Shown: positions 14,401-28,900 of the stretch, piece by piece
Layout of the letters: each line of letters opens with the position of its first letter
Position numbering within the stretch: the first letter of the stretch is position 1
The notes under the pieces: model-generated
The model's input: only the letters and a program-made list of their open reading frames with translations
What the model was told of the DNA's origin: nothing
Databases searched by the model: none
NCBI RefSeq assembly: GCF_009914755.1
Contig: NC_060925.1
Strand: one strand, 5' to 3'
DNA from: the human T2T-CHM13v2.0 reference genome, Homo sapiens
Length of the DNA stretch: 64,000 nucleotides
Program-made: the position numbers and the translations under genes

Positions 14401-15505
14401 ATCGAATGGACCCGAATGGAATCATCTAATGGAATGGAATGGAATAATCCATGGACTCGAATGCAATCATCATCGAATGGAATCGAATGGAATCATCCAA
14501 TGGACTCGAATGGAATAATCATTGAACGGAATCGAATGGAATCATCATCGGATGGAAATGAATGGAATCATCATCGAATGGAATCGAATAGAATTATGGA
14601 ATGAAATCCAGTGTGATCATCATCGAATGGACCCGAATGGAATCATCATCCAACGGATGCTAATGGAATCAACATCGAATGAATCAAATGGAAACACCAT
14701 CGAATTGAAACGAATGGAATTACCATGAAATTGAAATGGATGGACTCATCATCGAATGGATTCGAAAGGAATCATCGAATAAAATTGATTGAAATCATCA
14801 TCGAATGGAATCGAATGGTATCATTGAATGGAATCGAATGGAATCATCATCAGATGGTAATGAATGGAATCGTCATAGAATGGAATCGAATGGATTCATT
14901 GAATGGAATCAGATGGAATCATCGAATGGACTGGAATGGAATCATTGAATGGACTCGAAAGAGATCATGATTGAATGGAATTGAATAGAATCATCGAATG
15001 GTCTCGATTGGAATCATCATCAAATGGAATCGAATGGAATCACCGAATAGAATCGAATGGAACAATCATCGAATGGACTCAAATGGAATTATCCTCAAAT
15101 GGAATCGAATGGAATTATCGAATGCAATCGAATAGAATCATCGAATGGACTCGAATGGAATCATCGAATGGAATGGAATGGAACAGTCAATGAACTCGAA
15201 TGGAATCATCATTGAATGGAATCGAATGGAATCATCGAGTGGAATCGAATGGAATTATGATCAAATGGAATCGAATGTAATCATCATCAAATGGAATCAA
15301 AAATAACCATCATCAATTGGTATTGAATGGAATTGTCATCAAATGGAATTCAAAGGAAACATCATCAAATGGAACCGAATGGAATCCTCATTGAATGGAA
15401 ATGAAAGGGGTCATCATCTAATGGAATCGCATGGAATCATCATCAAATGGAATCGAATGGAATCATCATCAAATGGAATCTAATGGAATCATTGAACAGA
15501 ATTGA
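2450..15505 (+). repeat. Sub-array of ten 1308-bp B-only units (module A absent)
   Basis: Unit starts at 2450, 3758, 5065, 6373, 7681, 8989, 10297, 11605, 12913 and 14221. Spacing is 1308 bp, with one 1307 and a final 1285. Confidence 0.93.
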
Positions 15506-16949
15506 ATGGAATCGTCATCGAATGAATTGAATGCAATCATCGAATGGTCTCGAATGGAACCATCTTCTAATGGAAAGGAATGGAATCATCGCATAGAATC
15601 GAATGGAATTGTCATCGAATGGAATCGAATGGTATCAACACCAAACGGAAAAAAACGGAATTATCGAATGGAATCGAAGAGAATCTTCGAACGGACCCGA
15701 ATGGAATCATCTAATGGAATGGAATGGAATAATCCATGGACTCGAATGCAATCATCATCGAATGGAATCGAATGGAGTCATCGAATGGACTCGAATGGAA
15801 TAATCATTGAACGGAATCGAATGGAATCATCATCGGATGGAAACGAATGGAATCATCATCGGATGGGAATGAAAGGAGTCATCATCTAATGGAATTGCAT
15901 GGAATCATCGTAAAATGGAATCGAATGGAATCAACATCAAATGGAATCAAATGGAATCATTGAACGGAATTGAATGGAATCGTCATCGAATGAATTGAAT
16001 GCAATCATCGAATGGTCTCGAATGGAATCATCTTCAAATGGAATGGAATGGAATCATTGCATAGAATCGAATGGAATTATCATCGAATGGAATCGAATGG
16101 TATCAACATCAAACGGGAAAAAACGGAATTATCGAATGGAATCGAAGAGAATCTTCGAACGTACCCGAATGGAATCATCTAATGGAGTGGAATGGAATAA
16201 TCCATGGACTCGAATGCAATCATCATCGAATGGAATCGAATGGAATCATCGAATGGACTCGAATGGAATAATCATTGAACGGAATCGAATGGAATCATCA
16301 TCGGATGGAAATGAATGGAAGGATCATCGAATGGAATCGAATAGAATTATGGAATGAAATCCAGTGTGATCATCATCGAATGGACCCGAATGGAATCATC
16401 ATCCAACGGAAGCTAATGGAATCAACATCGAATGAATCGAATGGAAACACCATCGAATTGAAACGAATGGAATTATCATGAAATTGAAATGGATGGACCC
16501 ATCATCGAATGGATTCGAATGGAATCATCGAATAAAATTGATTGAAATCATCATCAAATGGAATCGAATGGTGTCATTGAATGGGATCGAATGGAATCAT
16601 CGTCAGATGGAAATGAATGGAATCGTCATAGAATGGAATCGAATGGATTCATTGAATGGAATCAGATGGAATCATCGAATGGACTGGAATGGAATCATTG
16701 AATGGCCTCGAATGGAATCATTATTGAATGGAATTGAATGGAATCATCGAATGGTCTCGATTGGAATCATTATCAAATGGAATCGAATGGAATCACCGAA
16801 TAGAATCGAATGGAACAATCATCGAATTGACTCAAATGGAATTATCCTCAAATGGAATCGAATGGAATTATCGAATGCAATCGAATGGAATTATCGAATG
16901 CAATCGAATAGAATCATCGAAAGGACTCGAATGGAATCATCGAATGGAA

Positions 16950-19900
16950 TGGAATGGAACAGTCAATGAACTCGAACGGAATCATCATTGAATGGAATCG
17001 AATGGAATCATCGAGTGGAATCGAATGGAATTATGATCAAATGGAATCGAATGTAATCCTCATCAAATGGAATCAAAAATAACCATCATCAATTGGTATT
17101 GAATGGAATTGTCATCAAATGGAATTGAAAGGAATCATCATCAAATGGAACCGAATGGAATCCTCATTGATTGGAAATGAAAGTGGTCATCATCTAATGG
17201 AATTGCATGGAATCATCATCAAATGGAATCGAATGGAATCATCATGAAATGGAATCTAAGGGAATCATTGAACAGAATTGAATGGAATCGTCATCGAATG
17301 AATTGAATGCAATCATCGAATGATCTCGAATGGAATCATCTTCAAATGGAAAGGAATGGAATCATCGCATAGAATCGAATGGAATTATCATCGAATGGAA
17401 TCCAATGGTATCAACATCAAACGGAAAAAAACGGAATTATGGAATGGAATAGAAGAGAATCTTCGAACGGACCCGAATGGAATCATCTAATGGAATGGAA
17501 TGGAATAATCCATGGACTCGAATGCAATCATCATCAAATGGAATCGAACGGAATCATCGAATGGACTCGAATGGAATAATCATTGAACGGAATCGAATGG
17601 AATCATCATCGGATGGAAACGAATGGAATCATCATCGAATGGAAATGAAAGGAGTCATCATCTAATGGAATTGCATGGAATCATCATAAAATGGAATCGA
17701 ATGGAATCAACATCAAATGGAATCAAATGGAATCATTGAATGGAATTGAATGGAATCGTCATCGAATGAATTGAATGCAATCATCGAATGGTCTCGAATG
17801 GAATCATCTTCTAATGGAAAGGAATGGAATCATCGCATAGAATCGAATGGAATTATCATCGAATGGAATCGAATGGTATCAACACCAAACGGAAAAAAAC
17901 GGAATTATCGAATGGAATCGAAGAGAATCTTCGAACGGACCCGAATGGAATCATCTAATGGAATGGAATGGAATAATCCATGGACTCGAATGCAATCATC
18001 ATCGAATGGAATGGAATGGAATCATCGAATGGACTCGAATGGAATAATCATTGAACGGAATCGAATGGAATCATCATCGGATGGAAACGAATGGAATCAT
18101 CATCGAATGGAAATGAAAGGAGTCATCATCTAATGGAATTGCATGGAATCATCATAAAATGGAATCGAATGGAATCAACATCAAATGGAATCAAATGGAA
18201 TCATTGAACGAAATTGAATGGAATCGTCATCGAATGAATTGACTGCAATCATCGAATGGTCTCGAATGGAATCATCTTCAAATGGAATGGAATGGAATCA
18301 TCGCATAGAATCGAATGGAATTATCATCGAATGGAATCGAATGGAATCAACATCAAACGGAAAAAAACGGAATTATCGAATGGAATCGAAGAGAATCATC
18401 GAATGGACCCGAATGGAATCATCTAATGGAATGGAATGGAATAATCCATGGACTCGAATGCAATCATCATCTAATGGAATCGAATGGAATCATCGAATGG
18501 ACTCGAATGGAATAATCATTGAACGGAATCGAATGGAATCATCATCGGATGGAAATGAATGGAATCATCATCGAATGGAATCGAATAGAATTATGGAATG
18601 AAATCCAGTGTGATCATCATCGAATGGACCCGAATGGAATCATCATCCAACGGAAGCTAATGGAATCAACATCGAATGAATCAAATGGAAACACCATCGA
18701 ATTGAAACGAATGGAATTATCATGAAATTGAAATGGATGGACTCATCATCGAATGGATTCGAATGGAATCATCGAATAAAATTGATTGAAATCATCATCC
18801 AATGGAATCGAATGGTATCATTGAATGGAATCGAATGGAATCATCATCAGATGGAAATGAATGGAATCGTCATAGAATGGAATCGAATGGATTCATTGAA
18901 TGGAATCAGATGGAATCATCGAATGGACTGGAATGGAATCATTGAATGGACTCGAAAGGGATCATTATTGAATGGAATTGAATGGAATCATCGAATGGTC
19001 TCGATTGGAATCATTACCAAATGGAATCGAATGGAATCACCGAATAGAATCGAATGGAACAATCATCGAATGGACTCAAATGGAATTATCCTCAAATGGA
19101 ATCGAATGGAATTATCGAATGCAATCGAATGGAATTATCGAATGCAATCGAATAGAATCATCGAAAGGACTCGAATGGAATCATCGAATGGAATGGAATG
19201 GAACAGTCAATGAACTCGAATGGAATCATCATTGAATGGAATCGAATGGAATCATCGAGTGGAATTGAATGGAATTATGATCAAATGGAATCGAATGTAA
19301 TCATCATCAAATGGAATCAAAAATAACCATCATCAATTGGTATTGAATGGAATTGTCATCAAATGGAATTCAAAGGAATCATCATCAAATGGAACCGAAT
19401 GGAATCCTCATTGAATGGAAATGAAAGGGGTCATCATCTAATGGAATCGCATGGAATCATCATCAAATGGAATCGAATGGAATCATCATCAAATGGAATC
19501 TAATGGAATCATTGAACAGAATTGAATGGAATCGTCATCGAATGAATTGAATGCAATCATCGAATGGTCTCGAATGGAATCATCTTCTAATGGAAAGGAA
19601 TGGAATCATCGCATAGAATCGAATGGAATTATCATCGAATGGAATCGAATGGTATCAACACCAAACGGAAAAAAACGGAATTATCGAATGGAATCGAAGA
19701 GAATCTTCGAACGGACCCGAATGGAATCATCTAATTGAATGGAATGGAATAATCCATGGACTCGAATGCAATCATCATCGAATGGAATCGAATGGAATCA
19801 TCGAATGGACTCGAATGGAATAATCATTGAACGGAATCGAATGGAATCATCATCGGATGGAAACGAATGGAATCATCATCGAATGGAAATGAAAGGAGTC

Positions 19901-22900
19901 ATCATCTAATGGAATTTCATGGAATCATCATAAAATGGAATCGAATGGAATCAACATCAAATGGAATCAAATGGAATCATTGAACGGAATTGAATGGAAT
20001 CGTCATCGAATGAATTGACTGCAATCATCGAATGGTCTCGAATGGAATCATCTTCAAATGGAATGGAATGGAATCATCGCATAGAATCGAATGGAATTAT
20101 CATCGAATGGAATCGAATGGAATCAACATCAAACGGAAAAAAACAGAATTATCGTATGGAATCGAAGAGAATCATCGAATGGACCCGAATGGAATCATCT
20201 AATGGAATGGAATGGAATAATCCATGGACTCGAATGCAATCATCATCGAATGGAATCGAATGGAATCATCGAATGGACTCGAATGGAATAATCATTGAAC
20301 GGAATCGAATGGAATCATCATCGGATGGAAATGAATGGAATCATCATCGAATGGAATCGAATAGAATTATGGAATGAAATCCAGTGTGATCATCATCGAA
20401 TGGACCCGAATGGAATCATCATCCAACGGAAGCTAATGGAATCAACATCGAATGAATCGAATGGAAACACCATCGAATTGAAACGAATGGAATTATCATG
20501 AAATTGAAATGGATGGACTCATCATCGAATGGATTCGAATGGAATCATCGAATAAAATTGATTGAAATCATCATCCAATGGAATCGAATGGTATCATTGA
20601 ATGGAATCGAATGGAATCTTCATCAGATGGAAATGAATGGAATCGTCATAGAATGGAATCGAATGGATTCATTGAATGGAATCAGATGGAATCATCGAAT
20701 GGACTGGAATGGAATCATTGAATGGACTCGAAAGGGATCATTATTGAATGGAATTGAATGGAATCATCGAATGGTCTCGATTGGAATCATTATCAAATGG
20801 AATCGAATGGAATCACCGAACAGAATCGAATGGAACAATCATCGAATGGACTCAAATGGAATTATCCTCAAATGGAATCGAATGGAATTATCGAATGCAA
20901 TCGAATGGAATTATCGAATGCAATCGAATAGAATCATCGAATGGACTCGAATGGAATCATCGAATGGAATGGAATGGAACAGTCAATGAACTCGAATGGA
21001 GTCATCATTGAATGGAATCGAATGGAATCATCGAGTGGAATCAAATGGAATTATGATCAAATGGAATCGAATGTAATCATCATCAAATGGAATCAAAAAT
21101 AACCATCATCAATTGGTATTGAATGGAATTGTCATCAAATGGAATTCAAAGGAATCATCATCAAATGGAACCGAATGGAATCCTCATTGAATGGAAATGA
21201 AAGGGGTCATCATCTAATGGAATCGCATGGAATCATCATCAAATGGAATCGAATGGAATCATCATCAAATGGAATCTAATGGAATCATTGAACAGAATTG
21301 AATGGAATCGTCATCGAATGAATTGAATGCAATCATCGAATGGTCTCGAATGGAATCATCTTCTAATGGAAAGGAATGGAATCATCGCATAGAATCGAAT
21401 GGAATTATCATCGAATGGAATCGAATGGTATCAACACCAAACGGAAAAAAACGGAATTATCGAATGGAATCGAAGAGAATCTTCGAACGGACCCGAATGG
21501 AATCATCTAATGGAATGGAATGGAATAATCCATGGACTCGAATGCAATCATCATCGAATGGAATGGAATGGAATCATCGAATGGACTCGAATGGAATAAT
21601 CATTGAACGGAATCGAATGGAATCATCATCGGATGGAAACGAATGGAATCATCATCGAATGGAAATGAAAGGAGTCATCATCTAATGGAATTGCATGGAA
21701 TCATCATAAAATGGAATCGAATGGAATCAACATCAAATGGAATCAAATGGAATCATTGAACGGAATTGAATGGAATCGTCATCGAATGAATTGACTGCAA
21801 TCATCGAATGGTCTCGAATGGAATCATCTTCAAATGGAATGGAATGGAATCATCGCATAGAATCGAATGGAATTATCATCGAATGGAATCGAATGGAATC
21901 AACATCAAACGGAAAAAAACGGAATTATCGAATGGAATCGAAGAGAATCATCGAATGGACCCGAATGGAATCATCTAATGGAATGGAATGGAATAATCCA
22001 TGGACTCGAATGCAATCATCATCTAATGGAATCGAATGGAATCATCGAATGGACTCGAATGGAATAATCATTGAACGGAATCGAATGGAATCATCATCGG
22101 ATGGAAATGAATGGAATCATCATCGAATGGAATCGAATAGAATTATGGAATGAAATCCAGTGTGATCATCATCGAATGGACCCGAATGGAATCATCATCC
22201 AACGGAAGCTAATGGAATCAACATCGAATGAATCGAATGGAAACACCATCGAATTGAAACGAATGGAATTATCATGAAATTGAAATGGATGGACTCATCA
22301 TCGAATGGATTCGAATGGAATCATGGAATAAAATTGATTGAAATCATCATCCAATGGAATCGAATGGTATCATTGAATGGAATCGAATGGAATCATCATC
22401 AGATGGAAATGAATGGAATCGTCATAGAATGGAATCGAATGGATTCATTGAATGGAATCAGATGGAATCATCGAATGGACTGGAATGGAATCATTGAATG
22501 GACTCGAAAGGGATCATTATTGAATGGAATTGAATGGAATCATCGAATGGTCTCGATTGGAATCATTATCAAATGGAATGGAATGGAATCACCGAATAGA
22601 ATCGAATGGAACAATCATCGAATGGACTCAAATGGAATTATCCTCCAATGGAATCGAATGGAATTATCGAATGCAATCGAATGGAATTATCGAATGCAAT
22701 CGAATAGAATCATCGAATGGACTCGAATGGAATCATCGAATGGAATGGAATGGAACAGTCAATGAACTCGAATGGAATCATCATTGAATGGAATCGAATG
22801 GAATCATCGAGTGGAATCGAATGGAATTATGATCAAATGGAATCGAATGTAATCCTCATCAAATGGAATCAAAAATAACCATCATCAATTGGTATTGAAT

Positions 22901-25900
22901 GGAATTGTCATCAAATGGAATTCAAAGGAATCATCATCAAATGGAACCGAATGGAATCCTCATTGAATGGAAATGAAAGGGGTCATCATCTAATGGAATC
23001 GCATGGAATCATCATCAAATGGAATCGAATGGAATCATCATCAAATGGAATCTAATGGAATCATTGAACAGAATTGAATGGAATCGTCATCGAATGAATT
23101 GAATGCAATCATCGAATGGTCTCGAATGGAATCATCTTCTAATGGAAAGGAATGGAATCATCGCATAGAATCGAATGGAATTATCATCGAATGGAATCGA
23201 ATGGTATCAACATCAAACGGAAAAAAACGGAATTATCGAATGGAATCGAAGAGAATCTTCGAACGGACCCGAATGGAATCATCTAATGGAATGGAATGGA
23301 ATAATCCATGGACTCGAATGCAATCATCATCGAATGGAATGGAATGGAATCATCGAATGGACTCGAATGGAATAATCATTGAACGGAATCGAATGGAATC
23401 ATCATCGGATGGAAACGAATGGAATCATCATCGAATGGAAATGAAAGGAGTCATCATCTAATGGAATTGCATGGAATCATCATAAAATGGAATCGAATGG
23501 AATCAACATCAAATGGAATCAAATGGAATCATTGAACGGAATTGAATGGAATCGTCATCGAATGAGTTGACTGCAATCATCGAATGGTCTCGAATGGAAT
23601 CATCTTCAAATGGAATGGAATGGAATCATCGCATAGAATCGAATGGAATTATCATCGAATGGAATCGAATGGAATCAACATCAAACGGAAAAAAACGGAA
23701 TTATCGAATGGAATCGAAGAGAATCATCGAATGGACCCGAATGGAATCATCTAATGGAATGAAATGGAATAATCCATGGACTCGAATGCAATCATCATCG
23801 AATGGAATCGAATGGAATCATCGAATGGACTCGAATGGAATAATCATTGAACGGAATCGAATGGAATCATCATCGGATGGAAATGAATGGAATCATCATC
23901 GAATGGAATCGAATAGAATTATGGAATGAAATCCAGTGTGATCATCATCGAATGGACCCGAATGGAATCATCATCCAACGGAAGCTAATGGAATCAACAT
24001 CGAATGAATCGAATGGAAACACCATCGAATTGAAACGAATGGAATTATCATGAAATTGAAATGGATGGACTCATCATCGAATGGATTCGAATGGAATCAT
24101 CGAATAAAATTGATTGAAATCATCATCCAATGGAATCGAATGGTATCATTGAATGGAATCGAATGGAATCATCATCAGATGGAAATGAATGGAATCGTCA
24201 TAGAATGGAATCGAATGGATTCATTGAATGGAATCAGATGGAATCATCGAATGGACTGGAATGGAATCATTGAATGGACTCGAAAGGGATCATTATTGAA
24301 TGGAATTGAATGGAATCATCGAATGGTCTCGATTGGAATCATTATCAAATGGAATCGAATGGAATCACCGAATAGAATCGAATGGAACAATCATCGAATG
24401 GACTCAAATGGAATTATCCTCCAATGGAATCGAATGGAATTATCGAATGCAATCGAATGGAATTATCGAATGCAATCGAATAGAATCATCGAATGGACTC
24501 GAATGGAATCATCGAATGGAATGGAATGGAACAGTCAATGAACTCGAACGGAATCATCATTGAATGGAATCGAATGGAATCATCGAGTGGAATCGAATGG
24601 AATTATGATCAAATGGAATCGAATGTAATCCTCATCAAATGGAATCAAAAATAACCATCATCAATTGGTATTGAATGGAATTGTCATCAAATGGAATTGA
24701 AAGGAATCATCATCAAATGGAACCGAATGGAATCCTCATTGATTGGAAATGAAAGTGGTCATCATCTAATGGAATTGCATGGAATCATCATCAAATGGAA
24801 TCGAATGGAATCATCATGAAATGGAATCTAAGGGAATCATTGAACAGAATTGAATGGAATCGTCATCGAATGAATTGAATGCAATCATCGAATGATCTCG
24901 AATGGAATCATCTTCAAATGGAAAGGAATGGAATCATCGCATAGAATCGAATGGAATTATCATCGAATGGAATCCAATGGTATCAACATCAAACGGAAAA
25001 AAACGGAATTATGGAATGGAATAGAAGAGAATCTTCGAACGGACCCGAATGGAATCATCTAATGGAATGGAATGGAATAATCCATGGACTCGAATGCAAT
25101 CATCATCAAATGGAATCGAACGGAATCATCGAATGGACTCGAATGGAATAATCATTGAACGGAATCGAATGGAATCATCATCGGATGGAAACGAATGGAA
25201 TCATCATCGAATGGAAATGAAAGGAGTCATCATCTAATGGAATTGCATGGAATCATCATAAAATGGAATCGAATGGAATCAACATCAAATGGAATCAAAT
25301 GGAATCATTGAATGGAATTGAATGGAATCGTCATCGAATGAATTGAATGCAATCATCGAATGGTCTCGAATGGAATCATCTTCTAATGGAAAGGAATGGA
25401 ATCATCGCATAGAATCGAATGGAATTATCATCGAATGGAATCGAATGGTATCAACACCAAACGGAAAAAAACGGAATTATCGAATGGAATCGAAGAGAAT
25501 CTTCGAACGGACCCGAATGGAATCATCTAATGGAATGGAATGGAATAATCCATGGACTCGAATGCAATCATCATCGAATGGAATGGAATGGAATCATCGA
25601 ATGGACTCGAATGGAATAATCATTGAACGGAATCGAATGGAATCATCATCGGATGGAAACGAATGGAATCATCATCGAATGGAAATGAAAGGAGTCCTCA
25701 TCTAATGGAATTGCATGGAATCATCATAAAATGGAATCGAATGGAATCAACATCAAATGGAATCAAATGGAATCATTGAACGAAATTGAATGGAATCGTC
25801 ATCGAATGAATTGACTGCAATCATCGAATGGTCTCGAATGGAATCATCTTCAAATGGAATGGAATGGAATCATCGCATAGAATCGAATGGAATTATCATC

Positions 25901-28900
25901 GAATGGAATCGAATGGAATCAACATCAAACGGAAAAAAACGGAATTATCGAATGGAATCGAAGAGAATCATCGAATGGACCCGAATGGAATCATCTAATG
26001 GAATGGAATGGAATAATCCATGGACTCGAATGCAATCATCATCTAATGGAATCGAATGGAATCATCGAATGGACTCGAATGGAATAATCATTGAACGGAA
26101 TCGAATGGAATCATCATCGGATGGAAATGAATGGAATCATCATCGAATGGAATCGAATAGAATTATGGAATGAAATCCAGTGTGATCATCATCGAATGGA
26201 CCCGAATGGAATCATCATCCAACGGAAGCTAATGGAATCAACATCGAATGAATCAAATGGAAACACCATCGAATTGAAACGAATGGAATTATCATGAAAT
26301 TGAAATGGATGGACTCATCATCGAATGGATTCGAATCGAATCATCGAATAAAATTGATTGAAATCATCATCCAATGGAATCGAATGGTATCATTGAATGG
26401 AATCGAATGGAATCATCATCAGATGGAAATGAATGGAATCGTCATAGAATGGAATCGAATGGATTCATTGAATGGAATCAGATGGAATCATCGAATGGAC
26501 TGGAATGGAATCATTGAATGGACTCGAAAGGGATCATTATTGAATGGAATTGAATGGAATCATCGAATGGTCTCGATTGGAATCATTACCAAATGGAATC
26601 GAATGGAATCACCGAATAGAATCGAATGGAACAATCATCGAATGGACTCAAATGGAATTATCCTCAAATGGAATCGAATGGAATTATCGAATGCAATCGA
26701 ATGGAATTATCGAATGCAATCGAATAGAATCATCGAAAGGACTCGAATGGAATCATCGAATGGAATGGAATGGAACAGTCAATGAACTCGAATGGAATCA
26801 TCATTGAATGGAATCGAATGGAATCATCGAGTGGAATTGAATGGAATTATGATCAAATGGAATCGAATGTAATCATCATCAAATGGAATCAAAAATAACC
26901 ATCATCAATTGGTATTGAATGGAATTGTCATCAAATGGAATTCAAAGGAATCATCATCAAATGGAACCGAATGGAATCCTCATTGAATGGAAATGAAAGG
27001 GGTCATCATCTAATGGAATCGCATGGAATCATCATCAAATGGAATCGAATGGAATCATCATCAAATGGAATCTAATGGAATCATTGAACAGAATTGAATG
27101 GAATCGTCATCGAATGAATTGAATGCAATCATCGAATGGTCTCGAATGGAATCATCTTCTAATGGAAAGGAATGGAATCATCGCATAGAATCGAATGGAA
27201 TTATCATCGAATGGAATCGAATGGTATCAACACCAAACGGAAAAAAACGGAATTATCGAATGGAATCGAAGAGAATCTTCGAACGGACCCGAATGGAATC
27301 ATCTAATTGAATGGAATGGAATAATCCATGGACTCGAATGCAATCATCATCGAATGGAATCGAATGGAATCATCGAATGGACTCGAATGGAATAATCATT
27401 GAACGGAATCGAATGGAATCATCATCGGATGGAAACGAATGGAATCATCATCGAATGGAAATGAAAGGAGTCATCATCTAATGGAATTTCATGGAATCAT
27501 CATAAAATGGAATCGAATGGAATCAACATCAAATGGAATCAAATGGAATCATTGAACGGAATTGAATGGAATCGTCATCGAATGAATTGACTGCAATCAT
27601 CGAATGGTCTCGAATGGAATCATCTTCAAATGGAATGGAATGGAATCATCGCATAGAATCGAATGGAATTATCATCGAATGGAATCGAATGGAATCAACA
27701 TCAAACGGAAAAAAACAGAATTATCGTATGGAATCGAAGAGAATCATCGAATGGACCCGAATGGAATCATCTAATGGAATGGAATGGAATAATCCATGGA
27801 CTCGAATGCAATCATCATCGAATGGAATCGAATGGAATCATCGAATGGACTCGAATGGAATAATCATTGAACGGAATCGAATGGAATCATCATCGGATGG
27901 AAATGAATGGAATCATCATCGAATGGAATCGAATAGAATTATGGAATGAAATCCAGTGTGATCATCATCGAATGGACCCGAATGGAATCATCATCCAACG
28001 GAAGCTAATGGAATCAACATCGAATGAATCGAATGGAAACACCATCGAATTGAAACGAATGGAATTATCATGAAATTGAAATGGATGGACTCATCATCGA
28101 ATGGATTCGAATGGAATCATCGAATAAAATTGATTGAAATCATCATCCAATGGAATCGAATGGTATCATTGAATGGAATCGAATGGAATCTTCATCAGAT
28201 GGAAATGAATGGAATCGTCATAGAATGGAATCGAATGGATTCATTGAATGGAATCAGATGGAATCATCGAATGGACTGGAATGGAATCATTGAATGGACT
28301 CGAAAGGGATCATTATTGAATGGAATTGAATGGAATCATCGAATGGTCTCGATTGGAATCATTATCAAATGGAATCGAATGGAATCACCGAACAGAATCG
28401 AATGGAACAATCATCGAATGGACTCAAATGGAATTATCCTCAAATGGAATCGAATGCAATTATCGAATGCAATCGAATGGAATTATCGAATGCAATCGAA
28501 TAGAATCATCGAATGGACTCGAATGGAATCATCGAATGGAATGGAATGGAACAGTCAATGAACTCGAATGGAATCATCATTGAATGGAATCGAATGGAAT
28601 CATCGAGTGGAATCAAATGGAATTATGATCAAATGGAATCGAATGTAATCATCATCAAATGGAATCAAAAATAACCATCATCAATTGGTATTGAATGGAA
28701 TTGTCATCAAATGGAATTCAAAGGAATCATCATCAAATGGAACCGAATGGAATCCTCATTGAATGGAAATGAAAGGGGTCATCATCTAATGGAATCGCAT
28801 GGAATCATCATCAAATGGAATCGAATGGAATCATCATCAAATGGAATCTAATGGAATCATTGAACAGAATTGAATGGAATCGTCATCGAATGAATTGAAT

